DNA of 63,538 nt, filler included, from Octopus bimaculoides (GCF_001194135.2; 7 parts of 7 records of this genome joined end to end with filler, not necessarily neighbours in it), one strand, 5' to 3'. Counted from the first letter of the whole stretch, positions 34,823 through 47,780 are shown. Notes: generated by a model from the letters alone, not told the origin. Numbers and translations: made by a program.

Positions 34823-37128
34823 CACACAGAGGGAGAGAGAGAGAGAGAGTTATTGCTCAATGTTGTTGGGGCTATATAACATATATATAAAACCAGATAA
34901 AATTTTTGCTTAAAATAAATTAACTTTTTGGTATTTCCGGTGAAATATATCATTTTTCAAGGAGTTAAGAAAACAGGAAAATGCATGAAGGGTTGTGACA
35001 GCTTAATGTCTCTACGAAGTGTTAAGATCTCGTGTTGTTAAAGTGTGAAGAAAGTGAGATCGTAAAATGTATTCCATGTGGTATGTGTCAGGATTCTACT
35101 GTGAATATCAAGGATGGAAGCCACGCATGTGCAACGAGGAAGTGAAGTCAAATTTTATGGCGTATAGATAAAGGGGAAAAGGGATTAGATTAGATCGTCT
35201 GTTTTGTTCATTTTCTGCTTGCTGTTAATATTTGGTTGGTTTATTGTCTGGCGAACATTACTTCTTTCATGCACAATTTCCTAACATTGCAGTCCATGGT
35301 TCGATTAGTATCTTTGGTTTTTGTGGTTCCCGTATTTATCTACATAGGTATTATTTTTCAGCCCATGAACCACGTATGTAGAGGTCTGCTTAGATATGGT
35401 TGTGCAAGTGTCGGATCTTCCTGGAAATTTAACATCCACAGTATTTAGATAATTTAATACAACAGAATCTGGTAGACAACGTAAGCTTTCAAAGCTACCC
35501 ATTTGGAGGGTGATGTAGCTGATCAGCGTGCATAGGCTGCATAGTGTTTCAGAACCGTTTCTTTAGTTAGTATTTCCGTACGGAAGTTCCTGAAGAGGCT
35601 AACTGCATATCTATGCCCCGCCCCGTAATTACAGAATATATATATATATATATATANNNNNNNNNNNNNNNNNNNNNNNNNNNNNNNNNNNNNNNNNNNN
35701 NNNNNNNNNNNNNNNNNNNNNNNNNNNNNNNNNNNNNNNNNNNNNNNNNNNNNNNNNNNNNNNNNNNNNNNNNNNNNNNNNNNNNNNNNNNNNNNNNNNN
35801 NNNNNNNNNNNNNNNNNNNNNNNNNNNNNNNNNNNNNNNNNNNNNNNNNNNNNNNNNNNNNNNNNNNNNNNNNNNNNNNNNNNNNNNNNNNNNNNNNNNN
35901 NNNNNNNNNNNNNNNNNNNNNNNNNNNNNNNNNNNNNNNNNNNNNNNNNNNNNNNNNNNNNNNNNNNNNNNNNNNNNNNNNNNNNNNNNNNNNNNNNNNN
36001 NNNNNNNNNNATATTGGTAATTACAGAGTGCAGCGGATGTTGTATCTCTTATGTATGGGGCCTTCAGAAAACGTGTTGAAGTAGTTATTCTGTTTCTGGG
36101 GCTTTGATCCCGGCTAGTTATTGGTGGAGGTTTGGAGCAGCAGATAAATTCCAGCACCATTTAGAGCAGTTTAATATTGTTGGGTCTACTCCAGATACGT
36201 CTTATTTGTCGCTAATACGGATAAATCCATTATGTGATCGGTTTTGACACTGCTAAGAGAGTGGGAGGTTGTTCTGTCGTGGACGCACTCAAATCTGCAA
36301 GGTGGCATTCCTCTAAAATTTGATGCTGGCGTTGACATTTTCCGCGATTCCTTGTTGAAAATCCAGGGCGGAAGAAATCCAGTATCGCCAGAGTGTTCCA
36401 CGCTGAAGGTTATGCATTCAACGATTTTGGGAAATGCCAAAAGTGAAGATGTGTGTAGGAGGATTTCATCAGATATCTGGTTAACACGGTACAACATTGA
36501 CATTTATTGAGCGTTCTGTACTAAAAAGCTGGTCTATAGAAATTGGTGAGCAGTAGATCGTAGGATACTGGAAATTCATTGACTTCCACGCTGTCAGTTG
36601 GTTTGTATTTAAGATTGAATAAGACGAAGTATGTTATTGATCTGAGCTCTGTTCGTATATGCGTGGTTAAACCAAAATATGTATTTTCAATGATAACACA
36701 CAGGAATTCGTAGATGCCTGAGGCTGAAATAGTAGAAGATAAAAGTAATGAAATACATAAATGATTCTTCTTGGGAAAATATCAACGAATTGTTTGTAAA
36801 TGTGAGAATGTAGCAGAAAGTTATAAAACACTGACACTAAAATGTCGTCAAGATAACGAATTTTAAATGATGGATGCTACGTATTGTGAATACCTACAAG
36901 AAATAGCAAATAAATTGCTCGCATATCACACATTGCGTACTGGAGTCGATCTAATCGACTGGCTCCCTCCTCCAAAATTTTGGGCCTTGTGCCTAGAGTA
37001 GAAAAGAATATTTTATGATGTTGAAAGTTTCGGTAAAGTCCCCGATTTCGTTCTATATCTACAACATTTAACAGCGTAACACTCGAACGTACATCGTGAA
37101 AGTAGTATATATATTATGATGTAGCAGT

Positions 37129-37418
37129 GAAGCTGCGTGGCTTAGTGGTTAGGCTTTTCGGCTCATGGTAGTATAGGTCGAGAGTTCAATTCCCGGTGAC
37201 ATGTTGTGTCCTTTGAAAGTTCACTTTATTTCACGTTGCTCCAATCCACTCACCTGGCAAAAATGAATTGTACTTATATTTCAAAGAGCCAGTCTTATCA
37301 CATTCTGTCTGTGAACGTGTCTGTGAAGTGCTCAGCCACTTTCACGTTAATTTCACAAGCAGTTTGTTCTGTTGATCGGACCAACTGGAACCCTCCTCGT
37401 CGCAAGCGATGGAGTGTC
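37129..37418 (+). mobile_element. tRNA-headed SINE family C
   Basis: GTGGCTTAGTGGTTAGG (A box) and GAGTTCAATTCCC (B box). The 3' part matches the inverted copy at 37756-37950 and 61190-61345. Confidence 0.8.
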
Positions 37419-37519
37419 AGTTAGTTATGATGTTGTATTAAATGTTTAAGAGGATAAGCGTGGTGAGCTGGCAGAATCGTTAAAGCATTGTGAAAAATTC
37501 TTTTGTTTGTGTCTTTGTT

Positions 37520-37716
37520 TTTGTGTTTCTCCTCCCACCATCACTTGACGATATTGTTTGGTTTATGTCCTTCTAAATTAGCAGTTCGGCGACAGACATC
37601 GATAGAATAAGAACCCGACTTTGAAAAAATAAGCACTGGGCTCGATTTATTTGAATAAACCATCCAAGGGTTTGTCCCAGCATGGCCACAGTCGAATGAC
37701 TCAAGCAAGTAAAAGG
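37520..37716 (-). mobile_element. SINE family B 3' half
   Basis: TCACTTGAC..TTTATGTCC..GCAGTTCGGC..GATAGAATAAG..CCAGCATGGCCACAGTCGAATGACT. Orientation as in 28801, so the strand call may be +. Confidence 0.6.
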
Positions 37717-37755
37717 TACGATGTGGGGGCTGAGTAGACTGCAGCAACGAGAAAT

Positions 37756-37950
37756 TGTTGTTGTTGGCACTCCGTCGCTTACGACGTCGAGGGTTCCAGT
37801 TGATCCGATCAACGGAACAGCCTGCTCGTGAAATTAACGTGCAAGTGGCTGAGCACTCCACAGACACGTGTACCCTTAACGTAGTTCTCGCGGGATATTC
37901 AGCGTGACACAGTGTGACAAGGCTGACTCTTTGAATTACAGGCACAACAG
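37756..37950 (-). mobile_element. SINE family C 3' half
   Basis: GGCACTCCGTCGCTTACGACG..GGGTTCCAGTTGATCCGATCAACGGAACAGCCTGCTCGTGAAATTAACGTGCAAGTGGCTGAGCAC. Confidence 0.85.
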
Positions 37951-37959
37951 AAACCGGAA

Positions 37960-38220
37960 GTAAGTGTGAGAGAAAGCTGTGGTGGAAGAGTACAGTAGGG
38001 TTCACTACCAACCCCTGCCGGAGCCTCGTGGAGCATTAGGTGTTTTTGCTCAATAAACACTCACAACGCCCGGTCTGGGAATCGAAACCGCGATTCCATG
38101 ACCACGAGTCTGCTGCCCTTACCACTCAGCAACGAGAAATAAGGAGTTTTTATTTCAAGGACACAACGCGCAGCCGGGAATCGAACTCAAGACCTAACCA
38201 CTCAGTCACGCGCCTTCACG
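37960..38220 (-). mobile_element. Two further tRNA-headed SINE fragments
   Basis: Reverse B boxes GGGAATCGAAACC (38077) and GGGAATCGAACTC (38176), with CACAACGC and CCACT A-box remnants. Confidence 0.6.
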
Positions 38221-38852
38221 CTAAACTGATATAGATTACAAAGTCAGGCGCTAAAATTACCGGAGGTCCCTTGAAATGATCCTTCTCCTTTCTTCATGAA
38301 ACTTCTTTCGTATTTCTATGATACTCGGAATTGCTCTCTGCAAACTAAATTATTATTCGCAACGGTTAGCAAGTACTATCATTATCACTTTCATTTTCGC
38401 AGAGTTTATCTACTTGATTAAATTTTATCTAATACGTTTATTACTGATAATGTTGCATTTCGTGTCGAACTTAATAATTCCACGGTTGGCTTGTACTGGA
38501 GATTTTTTGAAGATTTCAAGAAATTATCATGAAATTTCGTCTGTATTACCGGAGGAATTATTCCATCACTCCCCTCTCTCTTTCACTCTTTCTCTCACTT
38601 TCTCTTTCTCTCTCTCGCTCGCTCGCTCGCTCGTACTCTCCCACTCTCTCGCACTCCCCCTCTCTCTCCCTCCCTCTCCCGCTAACTATCTTTCACACAC
38701 ACACGTGCACGTACGTACCCACACGCAAACACAATCGTACACACGCACTCTTCACTCTTTCTCTCCCTCTTTCTATTTGAATATATCTGTCTATAACTCT
38801 CTCTATCTCTCCGCATATATCTGTATCTATCAATCTATCTATCTATCTATCA

Positions 38853-38942
<90 letters not shown>

Positions 38943-39119
38943 CTATCTATCCATATATGTGTGTGTGTGCGTGTGTATACATGTGTATATATGTAAATAT
39001 ATGTATATATATATATATGTAAACGCACATGTGTATATGCATATATATATCTGTGTATGTGTTTTTGTGTGCGTTTGTGTGTATATACGTATGTATATAT
39101 GTAAATATATGTGTATATG

Positions 39120-39155
<36 letters not shown>

Positions 39156-39251
39156 ATGTATATATACATATGTATATGTATATATATATCTGTGTGTGTG
39201 TGTTTGTGTACGTTTGTGTGTGTGTGTTTGTGTACGTTTGTGTGTGTGTGT

Positions 39252-39283
<32 letters not shown>

Positions 39284-39528
39284 ATTTGTCAGATATTTGA
39301 AATATTAGAACTTGGAGTAGAAAATGCTTAATAAAATACCATAATTCGCAAGAATTTCTCAAGAAAGTTATAATAAATGTTAATATGATCTTTTTTAATT
39401 AACTAATTTCAATTTTGACAAGACAAGANNNNNNNNNNNNNNNNNNNNNNNNNNNNNNNNNNNNNNNNNNNNTTAATTAATTAANNNNNNNNNNNNNNNN
39501 NNNNNNNNNNNNNNNNNNNNNNNNNNNN

Positions 39529-39578
<50 letters not shown>

Positions 39579-40767
39579 GAAGGAAAAATAGGATTTAAAA
39601 ATCCAGATATGAATAATGCACTCAGTTTTAAACGAATTTGGTTAGCTATATTCAACAGTCAGACACCAGAAAATGTAAATAGAATACACATCCAATGTAA
39701 TTCCTCATGTATGACAAGTAGATCTAAATATCATTTAGAAGAATTTCGAGAAGTTTAGTGTATTAGACAACAGTATTAGTCGATTTACTCCAAAACGAGT
39801 GAGATTCAGAAGGAAAAGCGAGGGGTGAAAGAGAAGTATTGATCTCAATACGGAAAGAATAAAACTGTACTTCATTTATCAATCTCGAAAAGATGAAAAG
39901 TAAAATTGACTTTGGCGGTATTTGAACTCAAAGCGTTGAGAATTAGAATGAATTCCGCAAGGTGCTCTAACGACTCAGATAATTCTTTGTCATAGACCGG
40001 CGTTGCTTCTCTTCTGGAAACTCACCAGTAGTAATATAACGAGTCGATTCAATCAACGCTATATGTTGCCTATGGATCTCAAACATTGGTGCTAATGTAA
40101 GAAATCAATATAAAAGACTGCGTTACAAGAGTTGTTGTAGATTTGGCTTCTTGAACTTAAATGTATTTCAAGATGATTCTAAGGATTTGATGTGTAATTT
40201 TGCTTTTATTTTGCTTTAACCTCGTCAAGTAATTTACCTCCGAATGTATCTAGTAACTTGTTTTGTATAAGTGGTGAGTTTCCGCAACTTGAAACCGAAT
40301 TTCAATTTTTCGTTCGCAACAATGCTGTTTTCGTCATCATGTTAGTAAGCTTCCCCTCGCTTTCGTTTAATTACATTCACCTAATGAGATTCTTGAAGTA
40401 AAACTTACCAGCTCTTAAGTCTTGTATAAGAGTATGTTTGATTTGCAAAGCGGTATCCGCTCTCTTGTATCGCTTCAGAATTGTGGAGCTGTGATGGTGT
40501 GTGTTTGAAAGTGCTCAAAAGTAAAGAAGCGATATTGTAGAGTGAAGAGGTTCTTATTAGTTTAAAACTATTTAAAGTGTTCAATGCTAAAGTTGGTAAA
40601 AATTCCTGTTCAGAAGCTTCATAATGAATGTATACGTTAGCATAATTAAGTATCTGTGTAACAATGAGATAGGATGGTTCTAAGACAGTGACGCAGTCAT
40701 TACTGACTATTCACGTCTATTTATATATGTACATTATATGTACGTACGTACATATATACATAGATAT

Positions 40768-40824
<57 letters not shown>

Positions 40825-42599
40825 CATACATACACACACACACATACACATATATATACACTAACACACATATGCATATATATACACAAACATACACATA
40901 CGTACACACACATATATATACATTCGTAAACATGCGTGTACAATTTTGTATATATATATATATATATATATNNNNNNNNNNTATCTCCCAACCACATCGA
41001 CACCACGGTCTAGTGCACATGAGCGCAACACTCTAACCGTTAAGTCACGCGAATTTACGACAGGAATATCATGAGGCCGATCTCTCATGCCACTTCGCAG
41101 CGCCTCCCTTCAGTCTCTGGGGCTGAGAGGAGATAACCACTTCGAAATACATGCACCCAACTATCTGGCTAGGGGGTGTTGTGAGCCGACTCGATGTATT
41201 TACGCCTATTCGTCTTCAGCGAAAAATTGTCTCCACGACAAAATACAGTAAATGACTTTCTAACGGGTTCGAATATGCCTCAAGCATATTTGAACTGGTT
41301 TGAACAAGTTTGCATTTATACGCGATACTGCTTAGTAGTGTCATCCCGTATCAGTCAATATATAACTGGTATATAATTTTTATCAACCATAGAGCTGTAA
41401 AACGCAAAATTGATTGTGAATTTTAAAACTGAGAACATAAACATGACGTAAGAGAAGAGTAAAGAAATAAAAATATAGAAATGAAACTGGAAAATGGTAA
41501 GGACCGAAATGAAAACAAACAAACAATAAAAAGGCATGGGAAGTGATCGAAATAAAATAGAAAAGAGAGGATAAGAAAAATAGAAATTGTTGCTTTCAAT
41601 TATGAGAGATAATATTGTATTTCTGAGTGATCAATATTACGTGATTTTGGTAAACTCACTGAATATTATGATTTATTACCATAGTGTATTCATTGAAAAT
41701 GTTTTAGACCGAATCTACGTTTACGTTGGTTCCTTGCTATATATTTTTCTTCGTGTGTGGGAGAGCTTATTGTAATCTCTTAGTTTTGTATTTTTATATT
41801 TTTCTCAATATTTTCAACAAAGATGTATATTTTATCAATATATATTGAAAGTGTAGTTGTGAAGAAGTTTAGATTTAATCAAGCATTTGCGTCGCAGTTA
41901 GTTCTATTGGAGAGAAATAATATTTCTGTTTGTGTATATTAGTTTGTCTTTAGTTGGAGTTCAACATGTTACGAGCGTCTGACACGTAATGAATGTTATC
42001 TTTCAATCACTAATACAACTAGGTTGTATATATATATATATATATATATATATNNNNNNNNNNNNNNNNNNNNNNNNNNNNNNNNNNNNNNNNNNNNNNN
42101 NNNNNNNNNNNNNNNNNNNNNNNNNNNNATATATAAATATATATATATATATGTATATCTACATACACGTATATACATAAATAGATTCATACACACACAT
42201 ACACAAGTAGTACGTGATTTTCTTACTGTTATTCAGTCTCATGTTAACTCTGTCCTAGCAGATTTATGACTGAACATGTCTCCAGTGGCCACCATCCTAT
42301 CTTTTGTTATATCTAGAACTAGATTGTGCAATTTGTCCTTCTTAATTTTAAACGGAATAGAGTAACTTAAGTGAGATTTGGTTGCTGTTTATAGAAAGTA
42401 GAACATCTACGTCGAGAGAATCCCTTGTGAGCTCTAATCTTAGCCAGCGAGTATAACTTGGTACAATCTACCATATTTTCACTAATTCTTTTAGACGTCT
42501 ATGTTGTCGTGAGGACAGAGACACCGTCTCGGTCCTCCCTCTCCAAGACTCAGCGGAACATCGAGAATCTGATAACTGAAGGACGGAAGACGAGATGAA

Positions 42600-42750
42600 C
42601 TAGCTCTTGATTATTACTAATTTCCAGCTGAGCTGATGGGAGCAAAATGAAATGAAGCACCTTGTTGAAGGATGCAACGCACCTCTCAGGCTAGAAATCG
42701 AACCAAACACCTTATGAATGTAAGCGTAAACACCCTAACTATTAGGCTAC
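42600..42750 (-). mobile_element. Degenerate tRNA-headed SINE
   Basis: AAATGAAGCACCTTGTTGAAGG..CAACGCAC..GAAATCGAACC..CACCCTAACTATTAGGCTA. Confidence 0.5.
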
Positions 42751-42861
42751 TCACCTAATCAGGTATGTACCTTAGCCCAATAAATCGAATATATTTTTTG
42801 CCCTGAAAAATAGCCTTTTATTTGTTAAGAGAAAGAAATAACCATATATATATATATATAT

Positions 42862-43091
42862 ATTTCTTTATTGCCCACAGGGGGATAAACATAGAGGGGA
42901 CAAACAAGGACAGACAAAGGGTTTCAGTTGATTACATCGACCCTAGTGCGTAACTGGTACTTATTTAATCAACCCCGAAAGGATGAAAGGCAAAGTCGAC
43001 CTTGGCGGAGTTTGAACTCAGAGCGTAACGCTAGACGAAATACCGCTAAGCATTTCGCCCGGGGTACTAACGATTCCGCCAGCTCGCCGCC
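42862..43091 (-). mobile_element. SINE family A, full length (tail variant 2)
   Basis: ATTTCTTTATTGCCCACAGGGGG..GGACAAACAAGGACAGACAAAGGG..ACTAACGATTCCGCCAGCTCGCCGCC. Confidence 0.9.
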
Positions 43092-43129
43092 TTATAAGAA
43101 GTAATCATATAAGCTGATAATTGTTTTCA

Positions 43130-43380
43130 CTCTTTCAGAATAGAGAAATTCCCTTTGGAGAGTATCCACAGTACAACTCGTATCTAGAACTCACTGAATT
43201 CCACTTCTCCGGTCCAACGAAGGAAAGTCTTTGGAGACAGCGATTTGGTGACATATGCGAGATTAAAGTGGCCGTCAAGAAGCGAATCCCTGAACTGTTT
43301 TCAAAGAGGACTTAGGAGTTGGGTTTAACGATGGTGCAAATGCATCGCTTGTGATGGTGACTATGTTCAGTAATGGCTTA
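43130..43380 (+). mobile_element. Mariner transposase C-terminal fossil
   Basis: YPQYNSYLELTEFHFSGPTKESLWRQRF...EIKVAV..W.KCIACDGDY, equivalent to HPPYSPDLAP.DF.LFGPLKE.L.G.RF. Confidence 0.7.
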
Positions 43381-43388
43381 GTATGGAG

Positions 43389-43638
43389 CAACGGTTCTCA
43401 ACAGGGGTCCTTATGACCCTTGAGGGGTGGTGGTTCATATAAGATTTTGTTGTTAAAGTTTATGAGTAATAAATTTGTTACACTTCTACAATGCACAAAA
43501 TATTTTAACATTCTTTAAATACAATCCCTAATCATATCTAATTATGTAAATATAATAGGATTTCTTAAACACGAGGGTTCATAAGAATAAGCTAGGCTTG
43601 AAAATTATCTAAAGGCAAAAAATAGTTGAGAACTACTG
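43389..43638. mobile_element. hAT-type MITE
   Basis: TIRs CAACGGTTCTCAAC / GTTGAGAACTACTG. Flanks GTATGGAG and GTATTAAG match 6/8. Related left ends near 12115 and 53612. Confidence 0.65.
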
Positions 43639-43689
43639 GTATTAAGAAAGAATTCTACCAGCATGTACAATTCGAACGACATGCCAAGT

Positions 43690-45300
43690 CAGCAAAAAAC
43701 TTACGCCAACTTTTGCACTGCTTTCAATACAAACCTCCTATAATAGCTTTCTAGTAACATTAAGTGTCTATTCCAGTATTCGTGGTAAATACAATCTATG
43801 TCAGATTTTGGAGATGTATTCTAAACGCAGTCGTTATTTTTCTTATTTTCCCCTCTCTAATCTTACTAATTCATGTATCGTCCAGTTGAGATTATTATAG
43901 CCAAAACTTATCACTGGAACTTTCTGGGTATTGATTTTATATCTTATTTCTTTTGGATTAACCTCTGTTTTAAATACTAATCTAATGCACCCATAATATC
44001 CCTTTCTAACATTTTCTTTATTTAGTGTGTGTTGTACACAGTCTAGCTGAATAATTCTTATGTAGTTGTAAGTCAGTTTTTAGTCTAAATCTGTTATTTC
44101 AGTGTCTTTATTTGACATGGCATTAGCATTCCTTTTAATTTTCATCTCTTCAAGGTTAACTTAGCGCATACTTCTAACTCGATTTTCAACAATTCTATTA
44201 AATATGTGCACTGTCGTCATTTATTATCCGTAGCCTATAAATAAGTTCGTCAATATACAAAAGACAGTTGATTATCTTCTTATACCATTTGTATCCAAAT
44301 CTCATCTGCCTTCCTATGGTGGTTAAAGATGTTGGCGTTAGACAGAAGTTGAGTGGAGAGAGTGAGTCCTCCCGTGGAATTTTCCTCAATAATAGAAATG
44401 GGGCGGCGAGCTGGCAGAAGCGTTAGTACGCCGGGCGAAATGCTTAGCGGTATTTCGTCTGTCTTTACGTTCTGAGTTCAAATTCCGCCGAGGTCGACTT
44501 TGCCTTTTATCCTTTCGGGGTCGATAAATTAAGTACCAGTTGCGTACTGGGGTCGATGTAATCGATTGCCCCCTCCCCCAACATTTCGGGCCTTGTGCCT
44601 AGAGTAGAAACGAATAGAAATGGGGCGGTTGTTTTTTTTTGTAATTCCTTCTTTCTTCTGTGTTTTCAGAAGTGTTTGTCATTTATTCGTGCCATGTATA
44701 AATTGTCTGCTTATTAATGATACTTACTACCTTAGTTAGTTGAAAGGGTGTGACGTATTGGGTTGAGTGTGAGACCCACAAACATTAGGTCGTGTGTTCG
44801 ATTCTCGAACGGGGATGAACAACACATTTCATATCAGGTTCTTTCAATCTACACATCTGAATCTGAGTACCAGTGATACTTGGAGGCTTAACCATGTGAC
44901 AGATTGTAATCTCGCTTTTTTTTTTGCTCCCAATCGCTTAAACGCAACTAAAACCGGGATATGCTGTCGCCTAATGAGTTCATCGACTTCAACTTTAACA
45001 TTCATTATGGTTAATGTTTCCAGAATCAACTGGTTAGGAACTCTGTCAAAATCCTTCTGGTAGTCAATCCATGTCAAACACTTCAAATCCTTTTTCCTTC
45101 CACTGTCTCCGGTTATAGTTTTCTTCAGCAGTAAATGTTATTTACGACCACGAGCCTTAACAGTATCCCTTCTATTCTTCTGAAAGAGAGCTGATTTATT
45201 TCTGGTGGTTATATATTTCCCATGTAAACTCGAGATTGTGAGGTTATCGGCTGCAATATTTATGGTTTATTCGTCTGATATTTTTCCATTTCCTTCAGTA
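43690..45300 (-). mobile_element. R4/Dong-like non-LTR RT fossil with nested SINEs
   Basis: Minus strand reads TWIDYQKDFDRVP..LIL, DSLSPLNFCL, GYK..INCLLYIDEL, LEVCAKLTLKR, FGYNNLNWTIHELVRL..KIRKITT. Confidence 0.7.
44401..44612 (+). mobile_element. SINE family A, near-consensus young copy with TSD
   Basis: AATAGAAATGGGGCGG at 44391-44406 and 44613-44628. Confidence 0.93.
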
Positions 45301-45360
45301 TATTATTAAATATTTGTAATGACAATGATTATTATTACAACTCATAAGATATAATCAATA

Positions 45361-45381
45361 TTATTATTATTATCATCATTA

Positions 45382-45468
<87 letters not shown>
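45361..45468. repeat. (ATT)n microsatellite; an oppositely oriented (AAT)n tract lies at 45613-45707
   Basis: Direct reading. Confidence 0.95.
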
Positions 45469-45470
<2 letters not shown>

Positions 45471-45616
45471 ACAGTTCACGACCTCCATATATCCCTAGTT
45501 TTCATTAGTTGTTAAGCTGAAGAGAGACAAAACGTCTATAGATCGAAATATTGTGAAATAAGGAAGGACATTAATATATTTCAGATGTATATTATATTAG
45601 GACACACGCTGTAATG

Positions 45617-45704
<88 letters not shown>

Positions 45705-46334
45705 TAATACACACGCGCACACACATATATAAATATATACATCTATGCATGTATGTATAACGGTGTAATTGAATATATTAATATCAGCTACTATACAGTA
45801 TAATATCAGTGAATATATTAAAACTATTTCTGTAATATTAAGCATCATTTCATTACCAAATGCATTGTCTGTCGCATTATTCAGTGACATTTAATACTGC
45901 ACAGTAATTTTATTGTTATATTGCATCTCATTNNNNNNNNNNNNNNNNNNNNNNNNNNNNNNNNNNNNNNNNNNNNNNNNNNNNNNNNNNNNNNNNNNNN
46001 NNNNNNNNNNNNNNNNNNNNNNNNNNNNNNNNNNNNNNNNNNNNNNNNNNNNNNNNNNNNNNNNNNNNNNNNNNNNNNNNNNNNNNNNNNNNNNNNNNNN
46101 NNNNNNNNNNNNNNNNNNNNNNNNNNNNNNNNNNNNNNNNNNNNNNNNNNNNNNNNNNNNNNNNNNNNNNNNNNNNNNNNNNNNNNNNNNNNNNNNNNNN
46201 NNNNNNNNNNNNNNNNNNNNNNNNNNNTATATATATATATATATATTACATACATATATGCATATTTATATAAGCATATATATATCTCATATGTGTATAT
46301 ACATGTTTTGTATGTGTGTGTATGTGTGCTGGCA

Positions 46335-46412
<78 letters not shown>

Positions 46413-46689
46413 GTACATATGTACGCGCGTGTGCACACTCACACACACATATATATCTGCATGTGTGTTCAGAAAACATTATTTCAAAGCACTTTTAAGA
46501 AGAATAAGCGAACACGTACTGATAATGTCTCTATACTGAGTCGATTTTATTGCGAAGCTCAAGTTTGCGTGGACCCCCGTAATATATATGCACGTATGTA
46601 TGTATGTGTGTATACACGCACACTGATATATATATATATATATATGTATATATACTACACTTATACACATAAACACATACACATTTATA

Positions 46690-47292
46690 CAGAGTGCGAT
46701 GCGTAAATTGTCGCCATTTTATATATTTAATTTCATGCATGCGCATTGTTTGGTTTTAATTTTGTCGACTACACAGTTTTAGTAGGGGCAGATAGGCACC
46801 GTCTGTGAGAAAAACAGCACCATGATGAAATTCACTCTGTCAGAAATTTAGAAACGACATGTTGTACTGCCTGGCATTCGCACCGGAAGCTCCAATACGA
46901 ACATTTCAGAGTGTCGGGTGTCAATCTGAGCCCCCAAAACATGTACCGAAAGTGATAAAAATCAAACACCCAATCAACATCATGATATTTAGAGTGATCA
47001 CTAGTGATGGCGAAGTTATGCCGCCATTCATCTTCTCAAACGGCCTCAGACTCAACACAGAGGCCTACATCAAATGCCTGGAAGAGGTAGTGCTGCCCTG
47101 GGTCAAGAGGCTGGCTGCTGGAAGATCCTATGTTTGGAAACAGGACTCTTCACCATGTCACACAAACTGAAGAAATGGCTGCCAGTCAATTCCTGTGACC
47201 ACATCACCCCTAACATCTGGCTACCTAATTATTATGTGTGAGGTGCAGTCGAGGGGAAGACCAACAAAACTCCTTGTAACACCAAAGATGAA
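46690..47292 (+). mobile_element. maT/DD37D-like Tc1/mariner deleted element, second copy, truncated by SINE F
   Basis: Left end TA|CAGAGTGCGATGCGTAAATTGTCGCC. Frame reads KHPINIMIFRVITSDGEVMPPFIF..LRLNTEAYIKCLEEVVLPWVKRLAAGRSYVWKQDSSPCHT. Confidence 0.85.
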
Positions 47293-47332
47293 CTACTAGC
47301 CCCAAGATTCCCCGTTCGAATCCTAGCCGTGA

Positions 47333-47386
<54 letters not shown>

Positions 47387-47590
47387 CAACAACAACAACA
47401 ATAATAATAACATCGAAAAATACCTTAGGTATGAGAACCTAGGTTCGAAATTTCCTCAAGACACCTGATGAAGGCTGGAGGGTATATCAGCCGAAACGTT
47501 GTGTTAACAAACAAAATGAGGACAAATATTCGTCAAATGTAAATAATGTAAATAATGTACATAATTCCTCATCTCTTATAAATATAAAAC
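47292..47590 (+). mobile_element. SINE family F, 5'-truncated copy with intact hammerhead core
   Basis: CTACTAGCCCCAAGATTCCC.GTTCGAATCC..GTGACCTGA, (AAT)n, AAAATACCTTAGG..GAGAACC.AGGTTCGAAATTTCC, tail (GTAAATAAT)n. Matches 24292-24536. Confidence 0.85.
47460..47505 (+). ncRNA. Minimal type-I hammerhead ribozyme motif (Penelope-type, predicted to act as a dimer)
   Basis: GACAC-CTGATGA-A-GGCTG(GAGGGTATAT)CAGCC-GAAA-CG-TT-GTGTT. Stem I is 4-5 bp, stem II is 5-6 bp, stem III is palindromic ACGU. Predicted cut after U47500 (GUU). Confidence 0.7.
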
Positions 47591-47780
47591 TGTAACATTA
47601 ATATAATATACTTGAATATTTTCAATGAAAGCCATCAAATCCATTGTCTACTTTCTTTTCTTTAGGATAACTCCTTCAAGTCATCTTAAGCAATATCTTC
47701 ATATGGATCGACATCATCAGCCATGCGATCACCTGTGTCATTTTCTTCGGTCACGCAGTCAGTATTTCTTCATACCTGAA

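Noticed and set aside
39990-40620. Possible Penelope/LINE coding remnant (also 48000-48600)
   Set aside because: No diagnostic RT or GIY-YIG motif could be read with confidence.
41140-41170. CTGAGAGG...CTTCGAAATAC as a hammerhead
   Set aside because: G8/A9 are not matched and no stem I or II pairs.
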